From Comamonadaceae bacterium (GTDB lineage: Bacteria > Pseudomonadota > Gammaproteobacteria > Burkholderiales > Burkholderiaceae_C), in assembly GCA_947451385.1 (NCBI GenBank), contig CANFYZ010000004.1, positions 9,525 through 73,524 of the forward strand: a stretch of 64,000 nt of DNA. The letters are read 5' to 3'. Shown piece by piece: positions 22,569 through 32,993 of this stretch. The notes beneath the pieces are model-generated. The model was not told where the DNA came from. It saw nothing but the letters and a program-made list of their open reading frames with translations, and ran no database searches. Every line of letters starts with the position of its first letter. The stretch's first letter is position 1. The translations under genes and the position numbers were made by a program.

Positions 22569-23321
22569 TCAAGCCGCGCGCTGCGCGAAAAAACGCTCCA
22601 GAATTTCTGCGCTGTAACGGCTGGCGACGCGTTCAACGAATTTCAAAAAGTCGGCGTGCGCCGCGTCATCGGCTCGGTCTGAGATCGTACGCAGAGCGGC
22701 AAAGGGCACGCCGTAATCGTGGCACACCTGGGCCACGGCCGCGCCTTCCATTTCCACCGCCAAGGCCTCGGGCAATGCCTGTTGCAAACGCTGGCTCTCG
22801 GCGAGTGTGGAGACAAAACGGTCGCCGCTGACGATCAGCCCAGCCTGCACACGGGCCGTCCCCAGTCCCAGCTCGGCAGCGGCCTGCGCGTCCAACACAC
22901 CGGATGCCAGGGCCGTTTGCGCCGCGCGCGCCAAGGCGGCGGTCAACACCGCATCGGTGGCAAAGTGCGTGCGCCCATACCAAGGCACTTCGTAACGCGG
23001 AAACAGCGGCGAGGCATCCATGTCATGCTGCAAAAAGGCGTTGGCCACCACCACATCGCCCACCTGAGCCTGCGGTGCAAGTCCGCCCGCCACGCCGGTG
23101 AACAGCACTTGTTGCACATCAAAACGCTCGATCAGCACCGTGGCGGTGGTGGCCGCAGCCACCTTGCCAATGCGCGAAAGCACCGCCACCACCTCTTGCC
23201 CATGCCAGCGCGCGAGCACGAACTCGCGCCCCGCCACCACCTGTGTCTGGGCTTGCGGCAGCCAGGCCAACACGGCCGCCAATTCGGGGTGCATGGCGCT
23301 GACGATGGCGATTCGGGACAT
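22569..23321 (-). CDS. mtnN: 5'-methylthioadenosine/S-adenosylhomocysteine nucleosidase
   Basis: Trimmed to the ATG at 23319-23321 (MSRIAIVSAMHPEL). PNP/UDP phosphorylase-family motifs (VEMEGAAVAQVC, ISDRADD). Confidence 0.8.
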   Translation of the reverse strand: MSRIAIVSAMHPELAAVLAWLPQAQTQVVAGREFVLARWHGQEVVAVLSRIGKVAAATTATVLIERFDVQQVLFTGVAGGLAPQAQVGDVVVANAFLQHDMDASPLFPRYEVPWYGRTHFATDAVLTAALARAAQTALASGVLDAQAAAELGLGTARVQAGLIVSGDRFVSTLAESQRLQQALPEALAVEMEGAAVAQVCHDYGVPFAALRTISDRADDAAHADFLKFVERVASRYSAEILERFFAQRAA

Positions 23322-23389
23322 GAAGCTTCCAAGAAAAAAGGCGGCCGAAGCCGCCTGGGTCAGGGCGCGCGGCCTGCCCAAACAGGCAC

Positions 23390-25072
23390 TTATTTTTGGT
23401 CGCGCAATTCGCGCCGCAAAATTTTACCCACCGGGGTCTTGGGCAATTCCGTGCGGAACTCGATCACCCGGGGCTGCTTGTAGCCGGTCATGTTGGCGCG
23501 GCAGTACTCATGCACCTGCGCCTCGGTGAGTGCGGGGTCTTTTTTCACGATCACCAACTTCACGGCCTCGCCGGTTTTGTCGTCGGGCACGCCCACCGCC
23601 GCACACTCGAGTACGCCAGGGCAGCTGGAGACCACCTCTTCCACCTCGTTGGGGTAGACGTTGAAGCCACTGACCAAAATCATGTCTTTCTTGCGGTCGA
23701 CGATTTTGAAGAAGCCGCGCTCGTCCACTGTACCCACGTCGCCCGATTTGAAATAACCGTCCGGGGTCATCACGCGCGCGGTCTCGTCGGGGCGCTGCCA
23801 ATAGCCCGCCATGACTTGCGGACCTTTAATGGCAATCTCTCCGGCCAGGCCGGGCGTGGTCACATCCTGTCCTTCATCGTCCACCAATTTCATCCAGGTG
23901 CTGGGAATCGGCACGCCGATGGTCCCTGAAAACGCGGTGCTGGTGGTGGGATTGCAACTGGCCGAGGGACTGGTCTCCGACAAGCCATAGCCTTCGCAAA
24001 TCGGGCAACCGGTTTTCTCCAGCCACAACTGCGCCACAGCAGGCGTCACCGCCATGCCGCCGCCCACCGAGACTTTCAAATTGCGCCAATTGACGGTATG
24101 GAAGTCAGGGTGGTTGGCCAAGCCATTGAACAAGGTGTTGACCGCTGGAAAGCTGTGGAAGGTGTGCTTGGACAGTTCTTTCAGCACCGCCGGAATGTCG
24201 CGCGGATTCGGGATCAAAATCGTTTTGCCGCCAGTGCGCAGGCTGAGCATCATGTTCACCGTGAAGGCAAAGATATGGTACAGCGGCAAGGCGCACACCG
24301 AGGTGGGCTGCTCGTTCGCGGGAACCCGTTTCATCACTGGCGAGTTCCAGGCTTCGGACTGCAGCACGTTGGCCACCACATTGCGGTGCAACAACACCGC
24401 GCCTTTGGACACGCCGGTGGTGCCGCCGGTGTACTGCAACACCGCAATGTCGTCCGGTCCCATGCCCACCGGCGTGAAAGCGGCGCTGCGGCCCCGCGCC
24501 AGCGCGGTATTGAAGCGCACCGCCTGCGGCAACTGAAAGGCGGGCACCATCTTTTTGACGTTGCGCACCACGTAGTTCACCAGCGTGCCTTTGAGGGGTC
24601 CCAAGCGGTCCCCCATGGCGCACAACACCACATGCTCGACCGCGGTCTGCGCCACGCATGCATCCAAGGTGGCGGCAAAATTCTCGATGATGAAAATCGC
24701 TTTGGAGCCCGAGTCTTTGAGCTGGTGCTCCAACTCCCGCGGTGTGTAAAGCGGATTCACATTCACCACCACCAAGCCAGCGCGCAAGATGGCCGCCACC
24801 GCCATCGGGTACTGCGGCACATTGGGCATCATGATGGCAACACGGTCGCCCTTGACCAAGCCCAAGGACTGCAGATAAGCCGCCATCGCCAGGCTTTGGG
24901 TGTCCAACTCGGCGTAACTCAAGTTGTGCCCCATGAAGCTGAACGCTGTGCGCTCGCCAAACTGCTTGAAGCTGGCCTGCATCAAGTCCACCAAGGAGCT
25001 GTACAGGTCGGGGTCGATGTCCGCAGGGACGCCTTGCGGATAACTGCTCAACCAAATGCGATCTGAGGTCAT
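23390..25072 (-). CDS. fadD: long-chain-fatty-acid--CoA ligase
   Basis: 560 aa. AMP-binding motif LQYTGGTTGVSKGA and the C-terminal FadD-like region (GDVGTVDERGFFKIVDRKKDMI...PKTPVGKILRRELR). Confidence 0.85.
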   Translation of the reverse strand: MTSDRIWLSSYPQGVPADIDPDLYSSLVDLMQASFKQFGERTAFSFMGHNLSYAELDTQSLAMAAYLQSLGLVKGDRVAIMMPNVPQYPMAVAAILRAGLVVVNVNPLYTPRELEHQLKDSGSKAIFIIENFAATLDACVAQTAVEHVVLCAMGDRLGPLKGTLVNYVVRNVKKMVPAFQLPQAVRFNTALARGRSAAFTPVGMGPDDIAVLQYTGGTTGVSKGAVLLHRNVVANVLQSEAWNSPVMKRVPANEQPTSVCALPLYHIFAFTVNMMLSLRTGGKTILIPNPRDIPAVLKELSKHTFHSFPAVNTLFNGLANHPDFHTVNWRNLKVSVGGGMAVTPAVAQLWLEKTGCPICEGYGLSETSPSASCNPTTSTAFSGTIGVPIPSTWMKLVDDEGQDVTTPGLAGEIAIKGPQVMAGYWQRPDETARVMTPDGYFKSGDVGTVDERGFFKIVDRKKDMILVSGFNVYPNEVEEVVSSCPGVLECAAVGVPDDKTGEAVKLVIVKKDPALTEAQVHEYCRANMTGYKQPRVIEFRTELPKTPVGKILRRELRDQK

Positions 25073-25147
25073 TGCTGAATTCCTTAACGGTTCAGTCTAA
25101 CTGAAATCTGACGCCTGACTGACGCCAAAAACCTCGGGGTTTCCGCT

Positions 25148-25185
25148 AAAAAAAAGGAGGGAACTGGGTTCACCTCCCTTTTTTA
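25148..25185 (-). terminator. rho-independent terminator after pntB
   Basis: The minus strand reads GGGAGG-(12-nt loop)-CCTCC followed by a run of T. Located just 3' of the pntB stop (25202). Confidence 0.6.
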
Positions 25186-25201
25186 GGAATGCATTGAGGC
25201 C

Positions 25202-26620
25202 TTAAGATTTCAAAGACAACAACACCTCGTCCAGCATTTTCTTGGCATCGCCAAACAGCATGCGGTTGTTCTCTTTGTAGAACAGCGGGTTGTCCACCCC
25301 GGCGTAGCCGCTGGCCATGGAGCGCTTCATGACGATGCTGGTGCGCGCCTTCCAGACTTCGAGCACCGGCATGCCGGCGATCGGACTGGTCGGGTCGTCT
25401 TGTGCCGCCGGGTTCACGATGTCGTTGGCACCGATGACGATGGCCACATCGGTGTCCGGGAAGTCGTCATTGAGCTCGTCCATCTCAAACACGATGTCGT
25501 AAGGCACTTTGGCCTCGGCCAACAAAACGTTCATGTGGCCCGGCATGCGTCCCGCCACCGGGTGAATGCCGAAACGCACATTCACGCCTTTTTCGCGCAG
25601 CGTCTTGGTGATTTCAAACACCGTGTGCTGGGCCTGCGCGACCGCCATGCCGTAGCCTGGCACCACGATCACGTTTTTCGCGTCACGCAGCAACTCCGCC
25701 GTCTCAGCCGCCAAGATGGGGCTGACTTCGCCCACCGGCTCGGCCGCTGCGCCCGCTGGCTTGGGCGCGGCGGCGGTGGTGCCAAAGCCCCCGGCGATCA
25801 CGCTGATGAAACTGCGGTTCATGGCGTTGCACATGATGTAGGACAGGATCGCGCCGCTGGAACCGACCAAGGCACCGATCACAATCAGCAAATCATTGCT
25901 CAGCATGAAGCCCGTGGCCGCTGCGGCCCAGCCCGAATAGCTGTTGAGCATAGACACCACCACCGGCATGTCGGCACCGCCAATGGCCATCACCATGTGG
26001 ATGCCAAACAGCAAGGCAATGGCGGTCATGATGAACAAGGGCGTCATACCGTCTTGCACCGTGTGGGCGTTCATGAACTCACGGCCAAAATAAATGACCG
26101 CAATCAAACCCAACAGGTTGAGCCAATGGCGGGCGGGCAACAACAAGGGGCTGCCACCGATGCGGCCGGACAACTTGCCAAACGCCGCCACCGAGCCGGA
26201 GAAAGTCACTGCGCCAATGAAAATGCCGATGTAAATTTCACCCGCATGGATGGCGTGTGCGGCGCCGTCTAAACTCTTGGAAGCCTCAGGGTCAACGTAG
26301 GTGGCGTAACCCACCAGCGCCGCAGCCATACCGACCATGCTGTGCATCAGCGCCACCAGTTCGGGCATTTGCGTCATCTGCACTTTGCGCGCAGCGTACA
26401 AGCCAATGAGCGCGCCCACCAACACGGAGCCCACGATCATGGGAATGCCCTCGGCGGTGACTTGCGGGCCAAAGATGGTGGCCAGCACAGCCAGGCTCAT
26501 GCCGATCATGCCGTAGAGATTGCCACGGCGAGCGGTTTCCTGGTTGGACAGACCACCCAGGCTGAGGATGAAAAGAATGGTCGCGCCGATGTAGGCAACC
26601 GTGGCCAGACTTGAGTTCAT
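25202..26620 (-). CDS. pntB: NAD(P) transhydrogenase subunit beta
   Basis: 472 aa. N-terminal polytopic membrane domain and a C-terminal NADP(H)-binding domain ([14 protein letters not shown]...[10 protein letters not shown]). Confidence 0.9.
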   Translation of the reverse strand: MNSSLATVAYIGATILFILSLGGLSNQETARRGNLYGMIGMSLAVLATIFGPQVTAEGIPMIVGSVLVGALIGLYAARKVQMTQMPELVALMHSMVGMAAALVGYATYVDPEASKSLDGAAHAIHAGEIYIGIFIGAVTFSGSVAAFGKLSGRIGGSPLLLPARHWLNLLGLIAVIYFGREFMNAHTVQDGMTPLFIMTAIALLFGIHMVMAIGGADMPVVVSMLNSYSGWAAAATGFMLSNDLLIVIGALVGSSGAILSYIMCNAMNRSFISVIAGGFGTTAAAPKPAGAAAEPVGEVSPILAAETAELLRDAKNVIVVPGYGMAVAQAQHTVFEITKTLREKGVNVRFGIHPVAGRMPGHMNVLLAEAKVPYDIVFEMDELNDDFPDTDVAIVIGANDIVNPAAQDDPTSPIAGMPVLEVWKARTSIVMKRSMASGYAGVDNPLFYKENNRMLFGDAKKMLDEVLLSLKS

Positions 26621-26679
26621 AAATGTCTCTTTTCTTCAATCGGTTGGGGACAGAGCTGAAGATCTGTCCCCCAATTTAT

Positions 26680-28284
26680 TTATTTTCGGAACATGGCCAG
26701 CATGCGTTGGGTGACGGCAAAGCCGCCAAACATGTTGATGGCCGTGAGCACGAGGGCCAAAGCGGCCAGGATGCCGATCAGCGTATTGGGCCGACCGGCG
26801 GCGTTGGCCATGGGGGAAATCTGGACCAACGCGCCGATGGCGATGATGGAGCTGATCGCGTTGGTGACGCTCATGAGCGGGGTGTGCAGCGCGGGTTTGA
26901 CGTTCCAAACCACCATGTAACCCACAAAGCAGGCCAAAACAAACACCGTGAAGTGCGACAGGAAGGCCGCAGGCGCATACGCGCCAACCAGCACCAGCAG
27001 CACAGCCACAACCGCCGACACGATCAGCAACTGGCCCGCAGGCATGGGGCCCGAGGGCTCGCCATGGCCATGGCCTTTTTTGGCGCTGGGCGCCGCGGCA
27101 GGCGGCGCTGCGGGCTTGGGGGCCACCACCAAAGGCGGCGCAGGCCAAGTGATTTCGCCGTCCTTGATGACCGTGAGGCCACGAATAGCGTCGTCTTGCA
27201 TGTTGACGTTGATGACGCCGTCCTTGGTCTTGCACAGCTCTTCGGTCAGGCGGAACAAGTTGGTGCCATACAGCGTGGACGACTGGCGTGCCATGCGCGA
27301 GGCCAGATCGGTGTAACCGACGATGGTCACGCCGTGTTTGATCACCGCCTGGCCGGGTTCGGTCAACTCGCAGTTGCCGCCTTGCTCGGCCGCCATGTCA
27401 ACAATCACGCTGCCGGGCTTCATGCTTTGCACCATCGCGGCGGTGATCAGCTTGGGCGCGGGTTTGCCGGGAATCAGCGCGGTGGTGATGATGATGTCGC
27501 ACTCTTTGGCTTGCTGCGCATACATCTCGCGTTGCGCAGCCTGGAAGCCTTCGCTCATGACTTTGGCGTAACCGCCGCCGCCCGAGCCTTCTTCTTCGTA
27601 ATCGACCTTGACGAACTCGCCGCCCAGCGACACGACCTGGTCGGCCACTTCGGCGCGGGTGTCATTGGCGCGCACGATGGCGCCCAAGCTGGCGGCCGCG
27701 CCAATGGCGGCCAAACCGGCCACACCGGCACCGGCGATGAACACTTTGGCCGGGGGCACCTTGCCTGCGGCCGTGATCTGGCCGTTAAAGAAACGGCCAA
27801 AGGCGTTGGCCGCCTCCACCACGGCACGGTAGCCACTGACACCGGCCATGGAAGTCAAGGCGTCCATCTTTTGCGCGCGGCTGAGCGTGCGCGGCAGAGC
27901 GTCGATCGACAAGGCCGTGACCTGTTTGTCTGCCAACAGCTGCATCAACTCGGGATTTTGGGCGGGCCACAAAAAGCCAATCAGGGTTTGGCCGGGGTGC
28001 ATCAGCGCCACTTCGTCCGCCACAGGGGCACGCACCTTGAAGACGATGTCGCAGCCGCTCCACAGGGCAGCGGCGTTGGGGGCAATCGTGGCACCGGCTT
28101 CAACATAGGCCGCATCCGACAGGTCAGCCAGTTCGCCCGCGCCTTGTTCCACGACCACAGAAAAGCCCAGTTTGATCAGTTTGGTCACCGCATCGGGGAC
28201 GGTGGCTACCCGTTTTTCTCCGGGAAAAATCTCTTTGGGCACGCCAATGCGCTGTGGCGTGGCGGCGGTATCGCCAGATTGCAT
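26680..28284 (-). CDS. pntA: NAD(P) transhydrogenase subunit alpha (dI plus membrane dII part)
   Basis: Trimmed to the ATG at 28282-28284 ([27 protein letters not shown]). Rossmann motif [11 protein letters not shown] and C-terminal TM helices. Confidence 0.9.
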   Translation of the reverse strand: MQSGDTAATPQRIGVPKEIFPGEKRVATVPDAVTKLIKLGFSVVVEQGAGELADLSDAAYVEAGATIAPNAAALWSGCDIVFKVRAPVADEVALMHPGQTLIGFLWPAQNPELMQLLADKQVTALSIDALPRTLSRAQKMDALTSMAGVSGYRAVVEAANAFGRFFNGQITAAGKVPPAKVFIAGAGVAGLAAIGAAASLGAIVRANDTRAEVADQVVSLGGEFVKVDYEEEGSGGGGYAKVMSEGFQAAQREMYAQQAKECDIIITTALIPGKPAPKLITAAMVQSMKPGSVIVDMAAEQGGNCELTEPGQAVIKHGVTIVGYTDLASRMARQSSTLYGTNLFRLTEELCKTKDGVINVNMQDDAIRGLTVIKDGEITWPAPPLVVAPKPAAPPAAAPSAKKGHGHGEPSGPMPAGQLLIVSAVVAVLLVLVGAYAPAAFLSHFTVFVLACFVGYMVVWNVKPALHTPLMSVTNAISSIIAIGALVQISPMANAAGRPNTLIGILAALALVLTAINMFGGFAVTQRMLAMFRK

Positions 28285-28498
28285 GTTTCTCTCCTCGCTC
28301 GGTCCACAAAAAAACAACCAATCCTCCAGCTTAACCGATGTCAAGGTTTGACACCGAGGCGCCCCTTGACTTCCTGAACGAAAAAAAGCCTTTAGCCCGC
28401 ACCGTCAATGACGCATAAATAGCGAAAACACCCCTACTTTTGACTGAAAAATCACCCACATGGTGCCCAAATCGAGGCCGTCATCGATAATCCAGGGC

Positions 28499-28984
28499 AT
28501 GGACACACGCTGGAAACCCAATGTCACCGTCGCCGCCATCTTGGAGCAAGATGGCCGCTACCTGTTGATTGAAGAGCACACCCCTGAAGGCTTGCGCTTG
28601 AACAACCCCGCGGGTCATTTGGACCCTTCGGAGTCCCTGCTCGACGGCTGTCGGCGTGAAGCCTTGGAAGAGACCACTTGCAGCTTCGAGCCCGAGGCCT
28701 TGGTGGGGATTTACATGTCCCGCTTTCAACGTGCCGCCACGGGTGAAGACATCACCTACTTGCGCTTCGCGTTTTGTGGCAAGGTGGGCCCGGCCAACCC
28801 CGCTTTGCGCTTGGACCAGGGCATTGTGCGCACGCTGTGGATGACGCTGGAAGAAGTCCGCGCCAGTGCCGAGCGCCACCGCAGCCCCTTGGTGCTGCGC
28901 TGCATCGAAGACCATTGGGCAGGCCAGCGCTTCCCGCTGGAAACGCTGTACACCGACCCCACCGTCACTGGCCTGAAGGCCTGA
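28499..28984 (+). CDS. NUDIX hydrolase
   Basis: Trimmed to the ATG at 28499. Nudix-box-like region GHLDPSESLLDGCRREALEETT. Confidence 0.75.
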   Translation: MDTRWKPNVTVAAILEQDGRYLLIEEHTPEGLRLNNPAGHLDPSESLLDGCRREALEETTCSFEPEALVGIYMSRFQRAATGEDITYLRFAFCGKVGPANPALRLDQGIVRTLWMTLEEVRASAERHRSPLVLRCIEDHWAGQRFPLETLYTDPTVTGLKA

Positions 28985-29014
28985 TTCACCCACCCTGGCC
29001 GCTCTTTAACGGAG

Positions 29015-30619
29015 TCAGGGCGGCGTCACCCACCCCAGGGCCTTGGCGTCCCAGCCCATGTCCTGTGCAAACTGCTGCGCCAAGAACTGGTAGCCCGGCA
29101 CGGTGAAGTGAATCAGATCCCGCGCCATCAGCGGAGGCGTTTGCCGCGCCCAACGGTAGGCCCCCCCTTGACCGCCCATGGCTTGCAACATGCTCCACAC
29201 CGAACAGCCGTAGTGCTGCGCCACCGCAGTTTGAATCTGTCCGATTTCTTCATGAATGCGGGTGTACTGCAAGAGATTGCGCGCCGGGGAGCTCTGGCCT
29301 GATTCGGGGGCGCTGTCTTTCTCTTTGCCTTTGCCCTTTGATTTGCTTTTGCCCTTGCCCGATGCGGCGCTGTGGGCTGCGGATTTACCCGCTTTTTTCT
29401 CGGCTGCAAAGCGCGCGTTGCTGAGGGCACGTTTGACTTTTTCAGAGCGGCGCACCAGCACGCCCCGGTCCCCCGGTGCGATCAGCACACAGGCAGCCTG
29501 CGGAAACACCTGGCGCAGACTCTGCACCGCTTCACGCAAAGTGGCTTGGTAGGCCGCAGCGTCAAAGGGTTTGGCATTGCCTTCGTTGGTGCCGAACTGC
29601 ATCATCACCAGCTGGTAAGGAGTTTGCGCAAACCACGCGCTCAGGTAATCGGTGCCCGCCGCCTTGAAGCCCGCTGCAGTGGCCCCCGGAAAGCCAAACA
29701 CATCCATCTGCAACGCGGTCTGGCTGGGCACAGGCAGCGCCAAACCTTGCATTCGAAACTCCCCCGCGACCAGCCGCAACTGAACCACCGACAACGGGTT
29801 GTCGGCCAGCAACTCCAACACACCCGGGCCAGGTGGGCCCAACAACACCACCTCCACTTCCGGTGCGCCGTCCACACTCACCGCCACTTGGACGGGCTGG
29901 GCGGTTTGTTGGTACAGCAAACGCACTTGTCGGGTCTCGGCCAGGCCGGCCGCATTGCGCAGGTCCCAACCCATGGTTGCGCCGGCTTGCGTGCTGAACA
30001 AATTCACCAAGCCAGGCCCCGGCGCGGCGGCGCTGACCGCGTGGGCATGCGCAGACTCGTAACGCCACTGCGGCGAGACGCAGCTTTTGCGCAACGGCAG
30101 GCGCACGCCTGGCCGATTCATGCTGGCCGGAAGGAATCCGGCGCGCACCTGCTCGGGCGCCAGCTTGAGGATTTTCGTCAGCTCTTGCGTGAAAAATCCG
30201 GCAGCCAAATGGCTGTCGCCCCAAATCGCAACCCGGTACGGCTCGCCGGGCCGCGCCCGGCCCAAAGCGCCCGCCAGGGGGGGCACGCCTGAGAATGGCG
30301 CGCTGGGATTGGCCGTGGCATCTTTCAAGGCGGCTTGGACCTCTTCGTCATCGGGTATTTCGCGCGGATCTTGCTCCACGGCAGCCGCAGACGTTGCCGC
30401 TCGGGGCACGCTGGCGCACTGCAAATCTGGCACCGAAGCTTGCGCCACAACACGCAAGGTGGTCACGATCGGCGCCAACACGGGGCCGGTGGGTGACGTT
30501 GCCGTTGGGGGTGCGGCCATGGCGCCGCCCAGGTTCAAGGCCACCACCCCGGCCCAGATCCAGGCACGATGGACAGCCAAGTGATAAACAGCACGTGGGT
30601 AACAGGTGTTCATGGTCAT
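29015..30619 (-). CDS. secreted SGNH/GDSL-family hydrolase or acyltransferase
   Basis: Track ORF 29015-30967 trimmed to the ATG at 30617-30619, which overlaps the upstream stop as ATGA. N-terminal signal-like segment. SGNH block I VAIWGDSHL, block III MMQFGTNEG, block V RDLIHFT. Confidence 0.6.
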   Translation of the reverse strand: MTMNTCYPRAVYHLAVHRAWIWAGVVALNLGGAMAAPPTATSPTGPVLAPIVTTLRVVAQASVPDLQCASVPRAATSAAAVEQDPREIPDDEEVQAALKDATANPSAPFSGVPPLAGALGRARPGEPYRVAIWGDSHLAAGFFTQELTKILKLAPEQVRAGFLPASMNRPGVRLPLRKSCVSPQWRYESAHAHAVSAAAPGPGLVNLFSTQAGATMGWDLRNAAGLAETRQVRLLYQQTAQPVQVAVSVDGAPEVEVVLLGPPGPGVLELLADNPLSVVQLRLVAGEFRMQGLALPVPSQTALQMDVFGFPGATAAGFKAAGTDYLSAWFAQTPYQLVMMQFGTNEGNAKPFDAAAYQATLREAVQSLRQVFPQAACVLIAPGDRGVLVRRSEKVKRALSNARFAAEKKAGKSAAHSAASGKGKSKSKGKGKEKDSAPESGQSSPARNLLQYTRIHEEIGQIQTAVAQHYGCSVWSMLQAMGGQGGAYRWARQTPPLMARDLIHFTVPGYQFLAQQFAQDMGWDAKALGWVTPP

Positions 30620-31581
30620 GGTGGAGAGGCTTTCTCCAGGTGTTGCACCAGCGCTTGGGTGATTTTGCGCAAGCCCGTGGGGGTGAAATGGGTGCCGTCT
30701 TCGGCGCGCAGGGTCACCATTTGGCCGTTCGCGTCCAGCTGGTATTTTTGATAGGGTAAAGAGGCCACACCGATAAAAGGCTCGGTCGCCAGATAGTCGG
30801 TGCCAAAGGCTTGGGCACGGTCGTGGAACACCTGGTTCAACACCGCCACGCCGCGCTGCAGACGCTCTTCGTGCATGGCGGGCAAACCGACCCACAGCAC
30901 CCGTGTTTGGTGCTGCGCCGCATGGGCCAAGATCTCGTCCACGCGGGCCACGTAATGGCTCAACCACTCGGGGCTGGGAAACGACACCCGCTTGTCGGGC
31001 AAAAACAGGTCACGCGGATCGTTGGGCCCGAGAAAAATCACCACCCAAGTGAGTTGTTGCGCGGAGGTGGCTTGGGCGATGGTGTGGGGCCAATCGAAAA
31101 ATCGGCGCGCCGTCAAACCCGTGCTTTGTTTGCTCAAGTCGGTCATTTGCCAGTCGGGGTGCGCCTGCGCCAACGCGCGCATCACCAACGGGGCAACACC
31201 CTGCATCATCGAGTCACCGGCAAACAAAATGCGTTGCGGCCCCGGCAACGCTTGCTGTTGCGCCAGGGTCGGCCAATACTCGCCGGCGGGCAAAGCCTGG
31301 AGTGGCCCGTCAAAAGGCCGAGGGGCTTGGCTGGACGGGGCCACAGTGGGGCCGCGCTGTGCCAAGGACAGCCCGAGCCAACGGCCCAGCACCTGGGACG
31401 GCGTGAAGGCGGCCTGCGGCAACGCGGTCGACAGGCTCCACTGCCAACGTGCTTCCAAATAGGTGTCCAACGAGTCGAGCCAGAGCACGCTGTTGAGCAC
31501 ACCCACGGCGAGCAACAGCCCGGCCAAGGCGCGGGCCGACAAAGACGAAGACACCACAGAAGTTGCGACAGCGGCGGTCAT
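30616..31581 (-). CDS. SGNH/GDSL-family protein (DUF459-like), membrane anchored
   Basis: Track ORF trimmed to the ATG at 31579-31581, 2 nt after the MBOAT stop. N-terminal TM anchor. Block I ILFAGDSMMQG, block III FLGPND, block V EDGTHFT. Confidence 0.65.
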   Translation of the reverse strand: MTAAVATSVVSSSLSARALAGLLLAVGVLNSVLWLDSLDTYLEARWQWSLSTALPQAAFTPSQVLGRWLGLSLAQRGPTVAPSSQAPRPFDGPLQALPAGEYWPTLAQQQALPGPQRILFAGDSMMQGVAPLVMRALAQAHPDWQMTDLSKQSTGLTARRFFDWPHTIAQATSAQQLTWVVIFLGPNDPRDLFLPDKRVSFPSPEWLSHYVARVDEILAHAAQHQTRVLWVGLPAMHEERLQRGVAVLNQVFHDRAQAFGTDYLATEPFIGVASLPYQKYQLDANGQMVTLRAEDGTHFTPTGLRKITQALVQHLEKASPP

Positions 31582-31583
31582 GC

Positions 31584-32984
31584 TCAAAAACGGTAGTAAA
31601 TAAAGCCCGGTACCCCACTGGGGCCCAAGGCAATGACCACAAAAACGCAGACCACCAGCGCCGCGCCCACCGCCGACAGCGGCGCGGCTTGCACCCAGTT
31701 CACCACCTGGGTTTGCAGCGCCTGGGCATGGCGACTCAACAATCCGAAGGCACAGGCCAAGGCCACCAGCGCGCTGAAAGGGCCGGCCGGCACACTGTCC
31801 CAGCCCATGGGCTGCGTCACCACCCCCTGCAGCATGGCCATGGCACCCGCCAATGACTCCGCCCGAAAAAACACCCAGGCCAGCGTCACAAACAGCAAGG
31901 TCAGGCCATGGGCCATCCAGGCCGGCAAAACCGGGCCACGGGCTTGTTTGTAGAGGTTGAACGCGACCACGCCCAAGCCATGCAGCAGACCCCACACCAC
32001 AAACGTCCAGCTCGCGCCGTGCCATGCGCCGCTGATGAGCATGCCCACCAACACATTCACCTGGGTGCGCGAAAACCCCCGGCGGTTGCCGCCCATAGGG
32101 ATGTAGATGTAATCGCGGATAAAGCTCGACAGCGACACGTGCCAGCGCGTCCAAAACACTTGCAAATTGCGCGCCAGATAGGGCTGCCTGAAATTCTCGG
32201 GCAAGGCATAACCCAAGAGCAGGGCCAAGCCGGTGACGATCCAGGTGTAGCCAGCAAAGTCCAGCATGATCTGCAAGGTGTAAGCCCCCATGGCCGCCAG
32301 CAAGCTCACAGCGCCATAGGCCTCAGGCGACTTGAACACCGGGTCGACCCAGGTGTCGGCCAACCAGGTGGCAAAGATCAGTTTCTGCGCGGCGCCCAAC
32401 ACCAGCAGGTACAGCGCCAGCGCACTGTCACGGGGTCGCCCGGGCGTGCCCGCGTCCCATTGCGCAAAAAAAAGCTCAGCGCGCAGAATCGGCCCGGCAA
32501 ACAGCGTGGGCCAAAAACACAAAAAAAGCAGCACGTGTTGGACCGGCCGCACGCGGGTTGGTTGGCGCGCCACCATCACCAAATAGGTGATGGCCTGGAA
32601 GGTCAAAAACGAAATGCCCACCGGGGCCACCACATCCCACACCGGCAGCGGCAGGGACAAGCCCAGGCTGTCACTCAGCGCCACGAGGCTGGTGCGCAAA
32701 AATTCGGCGTATTTGAAAAACACCAAGCAACCCACGGTCAGCACCATGGCCACGCACCACGGCAAGCGCTGGGTGGGCTGGCGCGCCAGCCACTGGCCCA
32801 GGGCCGCAATACCTAAGCTGTAGGCCAGCAACTGCAGCGCAAACCCCACATCCCAGCTGGCATAGAGCGCATAACCCGACAACAGCAGCAAGGCCTTTTG
32901 CGCGCGCGGCTGCGCGGCCAACCCCCAGTACAGCGGAAAAAACAGCAGGCACAGCAAAGCGAATTCTGGAGAGACAAAACTCAT
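31584..32984 (-). CDS. MBOAT family O-acyltransferase (AlgI/PatA-like)
   Basis: 466-aa polytopic protein with the MBOAT histidine motif region (SGAWHGASWTFVVWGLLHG). Confidence 0.85.
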   Translation of the reverse strand: MSFVSPEFALLCLLFFPLYWGLAAQPRAQKALLLLSGYALYASWDVGFALQLLAYSLGIAALGQWLARQPTQRLPWCVAMVLTVGCLVFFKYAEFLRTSLVALSDSLGLSLPLPVWDVVAPVGISFLTFQAITYLVMVARQPTRVRPVQHVLLFLCFWPTLFAGPILRAELFFAQWDAGTPGRPRDSALALYLLVLGAAQKLIFATWLADTWVDPVFKSPEAYGAVSLLAAMGAYTLQIMLDFAGYTWIVTGLALLLGYALPENFRQPYLARNLQVFWTRWHVSLSSFIRDYIYIPMGGNRRGFSRTQVNVLVGMLISGAWHGASWTFVVWGLLHGLGVVAFNLYKQARGPVLPAWMAHGLTLLFVTLAWVFFRAESLAGAMAMLQGVVTQPMGWDSVPAGPFSALVALACAFGLLSRHAQALQTQVVNWVQAAPLSAVGAALVVCVFVVIALGPSGVPGFIYYRF

Positions 32985-32993
32985 GCTGGCCTT

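Noticed and set aside
26623-28377. 584-aa plus-strand ORF
   Set aside because: Antisense to pntA, which has unmistakable transhydrogenase sequence. It is a typical G+C-driven open frame.
28499-28984. NUDIX hydrolase as a defence or anti-defence gene
   Set aside because: It is isolated between pntA and the acetylation cluster, with no partner genes. It is most simply a housekeeping Nudix enzyme.
30620-30967. N-terminal 116 residues of track ORF 29015-30967, and the analogous extensions of ORFs 30616-32154, 57840-59591, 58695-60401 and 1033-2223
   Set aside because: These extensions overlap the 3' ends of upstream genes or lie antisense to neighbours. They are Arg/Gly/Pro-rich. In each case an internal ATG gives a proper signal peptide or cofactor motif and operon-style spacing.
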